Below, piece by piece: positions 49,340 through 58,331 of a stretch of 64,000 bases of DNA; within the stretch, counting starts at the first letter, position 1, and each line of letters opens with the position of its first letter. Origin of the DNA: Schmidtea polychroa (lineage: Eukaryota); NCBI GenBank assembly GCA_044892525.1, contig CM097885.1, positions 237,152,001 through 237,216,000 of the forward strand, in the 5' to 3' direction. Below the pieces are notes generated by a model that worked only from the letters and a program-made list of their open reading frames with translations, made no database searches and was not told where the DNA came from. The translations under genes and the position numbers were made by a program.

Positions 49340-49725
49340 TACTTGGTTAAAAGGCATTTTTAGACCTGTCGGAGAAGGAGACAAAAATTTATTTTTTCAT
49401 TGTTGAAATTAACTAAAGGGTCGTCTTGATCAATGACCTGGAAATTAATACTTGAAATATATTTGGTAAGCATCGGTAAATATAATGGTGTAGAGACTTG
49501 TGGGATTATTCAGTACCCGTGCGACACTGTCCCTTACGGGAAACCATAAAGACAATTAACCCGCTTCCTGTCCTGGTACGTTCCTTACCCCAGCCTGCAC
49601 ATTAGGTTTATGGACGTAATACTTGAAATCCTTATGGTTCGAATTCTAAAAACATTTCGAATTTATGATTCTCTGGGAAAAGAATCGAGTACCTCGGCTT
49701 TATCGACATGTGGATCTTGCCCGTT
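49340..49725 (-). pseudogene. Polinton element 1 minor capsid (penton) C-terminal remnant
   Basis: ITSINLMC..GTYQ..LYGFP*GTVSHGY*II..STPLYLPMLTKYISSINFQVIDQDDPLVNFNNEKINFCL, the typical Polinton penton C-terminus. Confidence 0.7.
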
Positions 49726-50393
49726 AGTAGATGGATTGGTCACCGCTAGATCACCTACCCCCCCCCCCCCCGGGGGAAAAAAATTTTTAAGATTTTTTTT
49801 TTCAAGGTCAAATTTTTAACAAAGACAATGACTCATCAAGGTCATTGAAACAAAGACCATGACTCATTTAAAAATTATTATTATTTTTCAAAATATTATT
49901 ATTTTCAAGGTCATATTATTATTAAGTGATCTAGCGGTGACCTACCTTTTGACTTCCCAGAACTTTTTGAGTTTTCAAAATTATATTAATATTTATACAT
50001 CATTTTGAAGGCCAGACGAAAATCTATCTTTAAGCCATAGAAATAATTTTTATCATCAGTGGTACAAAAGTTATTAATTTTTTAGTCAGAGACTAATTTG
50101 GTTAAAATTATTATTATTTTCCAAAAATATTATTAAGTGATCTAGCGGTGACCTACCTTTTGACTTCCCAGAACCTTTTGAGTTTTCAAAATTATTTAAA
50201 TATTTATACATCATTTTGAAGGCCAGACGAAGATCTATCATTTGAGCCATTAGAATAATTTTTATCATCAGTGGTACAAAAGTTATTAATTTTTTAGTCA
50301 GAGACTGATTTATGGTTAAAATTTTCAAAAATGTTCAAAATTTACTAAGTAATTTGCGGGTGATTTGTCAATCATCCAATCAGGTACGACTTT

Positions 50394-50802
<409 letters not shown>

Positions 50803-50943
50803 GGGTAATGCTCGCAAGGGTACTGCCCCGAGTTTATCCGACAAAATATTTTGTCCCCCTATGGGTACGGCTCACAAGGGTATTGGTCACGCTCAACAAG
50901 TCACAAGGGTATTATTAAACAAATCAGCAAAACATACATTTAT

Positions 50944-51444
50944 TTAAACAAAAAAATAATGTAAAATTAACAAAGGTAAACTAAATATTGATGTACTACT
51001 ATTCGCAGCATTATTGTTTGAAATTGGTAACGTTGAATTGATTTTCAAATATTCTATTGATCCTTTGATTGTTTGAAGTTCTCTTAATAATAATTCGATC
51101 TTTTTAAACAAATAATCATGCTTCTTATCAATAATTTTCATATTCTTTTTATTTTCAACAATAGAATTATTGAAAATTTCAATATGATCAATCAATTTAA
51201 TTTTTATATTTTGTATATATTCAAATGATAGTTCATAACTGTTTTCTAAATTCTCCAATCTTTGAGATATTCTTTTTCCTGGATGCTTTGACCATTTTGG
51301 TTTGTCGAGAATATATAAAATATCCATCAACTTGGCTGTATTCGGACAAACACATATTGATTTATTAAAAGACTCCACTGTTATTGTTGTATTGTGTGAG
51401 CACACACTCGTTATAATAATTAGCAATATGAATATAGTTTTCAT
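50944..51444 (-). CDS. Polinton accessory protein: signal peptide, coiled coil, GPI-anchor-like C-terminus
   Basis: Intact 166-aa ORF: MKTIFILLIIITSVCS signal peptide, heptad-rich middle, small-residue stretch SNNNAANSS then hydrophobic tail IFSLPLLILHYFFV; TATAAAT upstream and AATAAA at the stop. Confidence 0.7.
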   Translation of the reverse strand: MKTIFILLIIITSVCSHNTTITVESFNKSICVCPNTAKLMDILYILDKPKWSKHPGKRISQRLENLENSYELSFEYIQNIKIKLIDHIEIFNNSIVENKKNMKIIDKKHDYLFKKIELLLRELQTIKGSIEYLKINSTLPISNNNAANSSTSIFSLPLLILHYFFV

Positions 51445-51473
51445 GGTGTATCAAATCAAAACCTTTCTTTTAC

Positions 51474-51525
51474 ATTTATAGTCTATCAACCAATCAAAAT
51501 CATACGGTATTAGTATAAATAAAAC
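51474..51525. promoter_or_regulatory. Compact bidirectional promoter: TATA(-) / CCAAT motif / TATA(+)
   Basis: TATAAAT on minus at 51474-51480, CTATCAACCAATCA at 51483-51496, TATAAATAAA on plus at ~51514, between divergent starts 51444 and 51550. Confidence 0.55.
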
Positions 51526-51549
51526 ATCATATTTTAAATTATTGTAAAA

Positions 51550-52064
51550 ATGTCTCATTTTATGGAAAATCTTTAAAGCGAACTCGTCAACAAGAATATT
51601 ATGGAAAGCCTAAGTTTCCTGGTCGATCGGACCGAAAAGATTATAGAAGGTAATCACATTGATTATGAGGATGTGATCAATTCCGATTCCCTCGAAACGA
51701 AGAAATTCTATTTTAATAGGATTTTTAACTGCCAATGCGACGAGGAGATGAAGTGGACCCGAATATTAGTAGGGTTCACTTATATGAAGATCATAATCGA
51801 AAGAAGTCTATGGGACTCTGAACATTATTATCAGTGGTCTCAAGAAGTAATACTTTTATAATCTATATTTTATTAATATTTATTTTCTAGATAATCAAGT
51901 CAAAGTTTCAGCCATGGATTGAAGCCAATGGCGGATGGGGCGTGCTGAATCAACTCGCCAGAAATGCGAAGGAAATAGATCAACAGAAAATCAAATTTAA
52001 AAACTATTTAAAACTTGCAACAGGTGTTGCTATTTTGTATGTTTTATGCCGGTTTTTTAAATAA
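51550..52064 (+). CDS. Spliced Bcl-2 family protein (viral-type), one premature stop near the N-terminus
   Basis: Exon 51550-51846 (TAA at 51574-76; downstream ATG 51601), GT-AG intron 51847-51890, exon 51891-52064. BH1-like RIFNCQCDEEMKWTRILVGFTY, BH2 FQPWIEANGGW, C-terminal TM KLATGVAILYVLCRFFK. Confidence 0.8.
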
Positions 52065-52141
52065 AAATTAATATAGTTATTTTGTTTGATTTTTAAATAA
52101 AATTTTAAATAAATTTACAAACACTAATTGACTAAGATTTA

Positions 52142-52533
52142 TTAATTAACACATTCGCAGTCGTCATCTCCACATTTCATTATATTTTCAACGACATGAT
52201 CAATACAATCATTCGTAATATTATCTTTAGATTCATCTTTAGGTTCCTCTATAGGTTCCTCTATAGGTTCATCTATAGGTTCATCTATAGGTTCATAGAT
52301 TTCCTCATCAATTTCTTGAGTGTCAGTTTCTTGAGTTTCTTCCTCATCATCAAATCCTGTATCTTGACTCTCAACTAACCAGCCGATATTTAAGGCATTT
52401 GTAATAGATAATATGTCCTCAATTTTCACACCAGATATTTCTGCTAACTTTTCCAACAAAAAGTTGATTAAAAATTCTAAATAATAAATAATTCGGTAAT
52501 TAATTAATCATGTTAACCTTTTTCTGCAGTCAT
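52142..52533 (-). CDS. Small spliced acidic protein of unknown function
   Basis: Exon 52533-52518 (MTAEK), 41-bp GT-AG intron 52517-52477, exon 52476-52142 in frame; EPI(D/E) repeats and Cys-rich C-terminus. Confidence 0.6.
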
Positions 52534-52665
52534 TTTCATCACTTTAAAACTATATTATAAGTTTGTTTATAGATTTTCTTTGTAAAATTTGCATGTCATT
52601 TGCATTTATGTTGCAATTAATAAAGAGAAAAACAAATCTGACTAATACATTTATTAAATATAACA

Positions 52666-53112
52666 TTAAAATATTTGTGAAAGTCTAGCAGACATAATTT
52701 TCCAAATAGGAGAATATACATCATTATTATCAACTTTATATCCCTGGATTGCAATTGTTATATACCAATTTTCATTTTCTTTGAAACTGATTTCATCAAA
52801 AGCATCATAAAATCTTGCATATCTATTGTTGAACCACACATGTTGATTACACGATAGATTCGAATCTATCCGTTTAAAAACATCATCAATAGTTTTGACA
52901 TCAATCATTGAAAGGGTGCCGGATAAGAATTCAAATTTAGTTGGAATTAGCTTGACTGGTGCAACCAATTTCATATTGATTTCTTCTTTCAAAAAATACA
53001 TTTTGTAGTTGTGGAACATTTGAACTGGTTGTACCATTTGAACTGGTTGTACCATTTGAACTGGTTGTACCATTTCTTTAGGTTTTTCGGTGCTTGAAAT
53101 TTTCTTAGTCAT
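52666..53112 (-). CDS. Putative single-stranded DNA-binding (OB-fold) protein
   Basis: Intact 148-aa ORF with TATA/CCAAT upstream; C-terminal ARFYD..ITIAIQGY..SPIWKIMSARL pattern resembles viral T7 gp2.5-like SSBs; N-terminal MVQPVQ x3. The ORF is well supported; the function is tentative. Confidence 0.45.
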   Translation of the reverse strand: MTKKISSTEKPKEMVQPVQMVQPVQMVQPVQMFHNYKMYFLKEEINMKLVAPVKLIPTKFEFLSGTLSMIDVKTIDDVFKRIDSNLSCNQHVWFNNRYARFYDAFDEISFKENENWYITIAIQGYKVDNNDVYSPIWKIMSARLSQIF

Positions 53113-53145
53113 CGTGAATAATGAATAAATTTAAATGTTACAGGG

Positions 53146-53181
53146 TTTTTATACCTTTGACTCATGCCTATCAACCAATCA
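53146..53181 (-). promoter_or_regulatory. TATA box plus second copy of the CTATCAACCAATCA motif
   Basis: TATAAAAA on minus at 53146-53153; 14-mer at 53168-53181 identical to 51483-51496. Confidence 0.55.
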
Positions 53182-53308
53182 GATTATAGCATGTCTTTGT
53201 TTAAATTGCATTCAAATGCATTGATGTTGCATTGTCACATGTTTTGTTATATGTTCTATTATTTTTATTAATGTTTTATTATTATTAATGTTTTATTATT
53301 TCTATTTC

Positions 53309-53350
<42 letters not shown>

Positions 53351-53384
53351 ATTGATGATTGCTTGGTAGCAGCATTTATTATTT

Positions 53385-54195
53385 AAAACAATAAAATGAT
53401 AATTTAAGCCTTTTGCTGCAAATAATGTATTTAATGAAAGAATTTTCGACTATACGATAGTCCTTGTCAATCTCCTGGAATTTAGCAATGTTCTTCTTCA
53501 AAATACCCTTCAATCTTTCTTTTATTTCCTTTCTCTTAATTCTCATTGGTTGTAAATATAATGAATTGTTTTACTAAAAACTTTTAAAATTTTTTTATAA
53601 TTTTTACATTTAAAATTTCAAAATGACACAAACTAAAATTTTTAAATTTTTTACAGCTTCTATAATTAGCTTCTAGAAGCCTAATAAAATATTTGAAAAA
53701 TTTGAAAATATTTTAAATAAAGCCTCCAATAACTACTTATATATGCTATTTAAATATTTCAATAAATGTGTCAATTTTGATTTTCAAACCCTATTTTTTA
53801 AAATCAAAATTGACACATTTATTGAAATATTTAAATAGCATATATAAGTAGTTATTGGAGGCTTTATTTAAAATATTTTCAAATTTTTCAAATATTTTAT
53901 TAGGCTTCTAGAAGCTAATTATAGAAGCTGTAAAAAATTTAAAAATTTTAGTTTGTGTCATTTTGAAATTTTAAATGTAAAAATTATAAAAAAATTTTAA
54001 AAGTTTTTAGTAAAACAATTCATTATATTTACAACCAATGAGAATTAAGAGAAAGGAAATAAAAGAAAGATTGAAGGGTATTTTGAAGAAGAACATTGCT
54101 AAATTCCAGGAGATTGACAAGGACTATCGTATAGTCGAAAATTCTTTCATTAAATACATTATTTGCAGCAAAAGGCTTAAATTATCATTTTATTG

Positions 54196-54199
<4 letters not shown>
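53385..54199. repeat. Long palindrome (~400-bp arms, ~15-nt loop, centre ~53792) carrying two divergent copies of a ~55-codon basic ORF
   Basis: Arms read as reverse complements wherever checked (ATG 54038 on + mirrors ATG 53546 on -); loop CAAACCCTATTTTTT. Confidence 0.92.
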
Positions 54200-54288
<89 letters not shown>

Positions 54289-54465
54289 TTTATTATTATT
54301 AATGTTTTATTATTTCTATTTCTATTATTATTATTATTATTATTATTAATGTTTTATTATTATTAATGTTTTATTATTACTATTTCTATTATTTCTATTA
54401 TTATTATTATTATTACTATTATTATTTCAAATATAAAAAAGATAAAACACAATAAAAAAAAACAT

Positions 54466-54885
54466 TTATTGGTAACCTAAATCTACAATCCGGGAGTAGT
54501 GAAACCTTCTCAGAGTTTTCACTAACTCCCATTCGACATATCGCCGATATCGATCGGCACAGCATGAGCATCCGATGATGCATTGGTACTCCAGCTCCAT
54601 TTGCTTCATTGTTCTGTTGATCTTAACATCCCATAAAAATTGGTGAAAGACCTCCATTATTCTAATTTGCGTGGCATAAAAAATCAAATCTGGTATGATT
54701 TCTGGTTCCCGATCCTTGATTACTTCAGCAATTTGTGGATAATAATATTTTATCCTATTGATCATTATTTCTAAATATTTTTCTAAAATAATAAATATAA
54801 AAAAAAATGTGAAAATAAAAATTTTAAATTTACCATAATCATCTATATCCTTCATGAGATTCGCGGCGCTCGGAATTTTGTACAT
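54466..54885 (-). CDS. Spliced Polinton accessory protein of unknown function (Cys cluster CIIGCSCC)
   Basis: ATG 54885; 51-bp GT-AG AT-rich intron 54833-54783 (in frame); three ACCAAT boxes upstream at 54937-54972. Confidence 0.6.
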   Translation of the reverse strand: MYKIPSAANLMKDIDDYGKFKIFIFTFFFIFIILEKYLEIMINRIKYYYPQIAEVIKDREPEIIPDLIFYATQIRIMEVFHQFLWDVKINRTMKQMELEYQCIIGCSCCADRYRRYVEWELVKTLRRFHYSRIVDLGYQ

Positions 54886-54956
54886 GTTGAATAAATGAAT
54901 CCTAAACAATAAACCGTTTGTTTAAATCAATCAATAACCAATTAGAAATTAACCAA

Positions 54957-55394
54957 TTAGAAATCGACCAATGAAATTATCTCATTTCGAACCTTGTCAA
55001 CAAATTCTCAATACTCCAAATTTCTCAACCCCAGCATGACAACCTTTCCACTAGCAAACACGTTGACACATATAGGGTTATATTTTAATAGTCTTAGTGC
55101 CGGAAACAATTCCGGTTCAAACATACAATCACATTTTTTCGACATGTTATATAGATTGATACTATGTCCCATATCCATAGTAACGGTAATTGATTGGATT
55201 ATAATATTATTTATTCGATATTGTAATTTATTAATATCCAAAGGTTTCTTACATCCCATGATTCGGCATTTACCAGTCTTGAAAAATATTATCGGATATT
55301 TCCCGCTTCTATCGATAATTTGCTGGGGTTTCCCTGGTGGGAACCTCATATTCGATACATCAAAATTTCCTCGATAATTTATATTTGCTAACAT
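54957..55394 (-). CDS. Miniature TATA-binding protein (TBP) homologue; premature TGA at 55008-55010
   Basis: Two TBP repeats: ANINYRG..IIFFKTGKCRIMG and IQSITVTMDMGHSINLYNM..FEPELFPAL..NVFASGKVVMLG. Reading through the TGA adds EFVDKVRNEIISLVDF, the expected final helix. TATATATAAA upstream at ~55421-55430. Confidence 0.85.
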
Positions 55395-55493
55395 TATTAA
55401 ATCATTTATGAAAATTAGTCTTTATATATAAATTGAGCACGAGTTCATTAAATCATCGAATATAAACAAATACACATTTATAAAATTTTTGAA

Positions 55494-56120
55494 ATGGAAT
55501 TAAGAAATGATGCAGTATACCAAATCGTTGGTCCGAGTGGTAGTGGAAAAACATTATTTGTTTGTAAATTACTAAAATGAGATTTATTCAAATCAAAATT
55601 CAACAGGATTTATTGGCATAGGGGTGCTGATGAAGAACATGGATTAACTCAATCAAGTTTCTGTAAATTAAAAAACATGAAAATAGTAAAGGGATTTGAT
55701 AAAAACTGGTCCAGCCGATTAAAGAAAGGTGATGTCATTATTATCGATGATTTGTATCAAGAAGCTAATAAAGAAAAAGATTTTAATAATTTATTTACAA
55801 AGATCAGCAGACATGTCGGTGTAACAGTTATTTTCATAACACAAAATCTATTTCATCAAGGTGGGGCACATCGAACACGTAATTTAAATGTACAATATTT
55901 AGTCATTTTCAAGAATCCTAGAGATGCAACAGTGATTGATTTTCTTGCACGCCAAGCATACCCTAACAATCGTAATTTTCTTATCAGTGCATTTCAAGAT
56001 GCTACAAAAATACCTCATGGATATATATTTCTTGATTTCACACAACAATGTCCCTATGATTTACGAGTAAAAACAGATATTTTCAACCCAAAAGGTGCCA
56101 TGGTTTATAAACAAAGTTGA
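55494..56120 (+). pseudogene. Polinton FtsK/A32-like genome-packaging ATPase (premature stop 55578-55580)
   Basis: Walker A GPSGSGKT, Walker B IIIDDL, SRH..IFITQNLF, LVIFKNPRD, PHGYIFLD. Confidence 0.9.
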
Positions 56121-56138
56121 AAACCTCTATGAATAATA

Positions 56139-56663
56139 ATGTTTCTAAAAGCAAGGGTGAAAAATATTAGGAAATTAAGAAAAGGTATTAGAAAGACTAT
56201 TAAAGTTCCAAAGGTTCCACCAACAACTAGTTATACACCATCTAAAAAACTTGTAACTGAAAATTTCTCTGCAATGAATCTTATTTCGAAAAATCCTAAA
56301 CCTAAACGTAAAACCCGTAAAACCAGTAAAAAAGTAGTTAAAAATCATCGCAGTTTTCCATTTTTTAATGCATTGTTAAAGGCCCCGAGTATGAAAAGAA
56401 TGAATATATTGCAATCATTCCCAAATTTTGTTGTCGATGATTTACTCAATATTATACTTAAAGTAGTCAAAGGTAAAATTAAAATCAGTAAATCAAAAAA
56501 GCATTTATTGAGCAAACATAGGAAACCATTGTTATCTTTAGTAAATAATAAAAATCGTAAACAAATGAGGAAAATTATATATAAACAACAAGGTGGATTT
56601 ATTGGTGCATTGATACCTCTGGCATTATCATTATTAGGTGGAGTTGTAGGAAATCAATCATAA
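56139..56663 (+). CDS. Basic virion core protein with protease-site-like QQGG and amphipathic C-terminal helix
   Basis: Lys-rich; ends KQQGG|FIGALIPLALSLLGG, typical of the Polinton/adintovirus gene following the ATPase. Confidence 0.7.
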   Translation: MFLKARVKNIRKLRKGIRKTIKVPKVPPTTSYTPSKKLVTENFSAMNLISKNPKPKRKTRKTSKKVVKNHRSFPFFNALLKAPSMKRMNILQSFPNFVVDDLLNIILKVVKGKIKISKSKKHLLSKHRKPLLSLVNNKNRKQMRKIIYKQQGGFIGALIPLALSLLGGVVGNQS

Positions 56664-56724
56664 ACAATGGGTGCTAATCCTTCATTGCCCGACATAAAAT
56701 TTAATTTTAAATCTTCTTGTTGTA

Positions 56725-57112
56725 ATGGAGAAGATTTGGACGAACCCAGAAGACGAAGCCGGTTTCAGTGGAGTGGTAAAATTAAACAAAAGAGTTCCGA
56801 ATTCGAAAAAAGAAACCCATAAGTGGTTATCAGATCAGCTTGCGTACAGTTTGAACAAACCAATGCGGAAAAGATTTCCAACAAGAGCGTATAAAACATT
56901 TGGTATTGACGATTTATGGCAAATGGATTTGATGGAGATGATACCTTATTCGAAAATTAACAATGGGAATAAATATATTTTAACATGTATTAATGTATAC
57001 AGCAGGTTTGCACGAGCAGTACCAGTCAAGGCAAAATCTGCAGAAGAAATGTCCAAGGCAATTAATATTTTATTTAAAGATGGACATCCTAATAACTTGC
57101 AAACATATTTAG

Positions 57113-57204
<92 letters not shown>

Positions 57205-57837
57205 TTAGGTAAAGAATTCTACAATAGCAAAGTTAAGCAAATCCTCGATAAACTGAAAATAAATCACTACTCGGTACATTCTCAATACAAAGCTGCCCAT
57301 GTTGAAAGATTTAATCGAACATTGAGAGATAGATTAAAGAAATTGTTCGTGCATCAAGGTAATAAAAAATGGGTAAATGCTTTACCGAAAATAATAACAA
57401 GTTATAATCATTCATCACATCGAGGACTGAATGGATTGAGACCGGTTGATATTACATCAAAAACATCATTGACTTCTAAGAAATCTGTAAAAATTGCAAA
57501 ACCTAAATATAAAGTCGGTGACCATGTTAGAATTAGTAAAATTAGTGCATCACCATTTATTAAAAATTTTGATACAAATTGGAGTGATGAAGTCTTTGTA
57601 ATTTCAAAAATAAATACTAAACAGAATCCTGTAATGTATGTCATCAAAGACAATGATAATAATATTGTACAAGGGAAATTTTATGAGCAGGAATTACAAG
57701 TCATTCCTCCCCCAAAAGTATTTAGAATTCAAAAAATATTGAAAACTAAAAAGGTCGGTAAGGATAAACAATACTATGTCAAATGGCATGGTTATCAAAA
57801 CCCGCCATGGATATCAGCAAAAGACCTAGTAAAGTGA
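56725..57837 (+). CDS. Retroviral-like (DDE) integrase with C-terminal chromodomain; contains a 96-bp (ATT)n intron
   Basis: LWQMDL, SRFA, ERFNRTLR, YNHSSHRGL, YYVKWHGY. Removing GT..AG 57113-57208 gives LQTYLGKEFYN (the canonical QTDxGxEF Asp is Tyr here). Confidence 0.9.
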
Positions 57838-58331
57838 ATTTTTATACTATTTTGCCGAGTAATAGTTGCCCATTAATTCATCCAGAAAATCAAGCAAGCA
57901 AATTCATCATCGAACTCCAAAACCCCATCTATTTGGATAATGACTGGGAAGTTGCTCTGTTGGATTTTACATTTGTATACAATTTATTCCCAATCTATAG
58001 CAAATCCGTTATTGAATATAATAAGAAAGTAGCAGTAACGGAATATATTAGTGTTCTTATTGATAAAGATAGTTATAACTTGACGAGTTCATCGAAATCA
58101 AGGAAACCTATAATTTATGATGATGGTCAATATTTATACATGAATTGCTTGAATAAGCCATTCGAAATTATATTTTCTACAGTGGCTGATGCTAAACGTC
58201 TTGGATTTACTGATTTACGTAATGTATTTAATGATACAGTCAAAATAAATCTCTCTACACTTCCAAAAACTAATAATTTAGTGGAATTCAAATTTAAGCT
58301 ATCATACATTGAAATAGCAGAGCATGCATAT

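Noticed and set aside
54994..55377. 127-aa plus-strand ORF
   Set aside because: Antisense shadow of the TBP-like gene; no motifs of its own.
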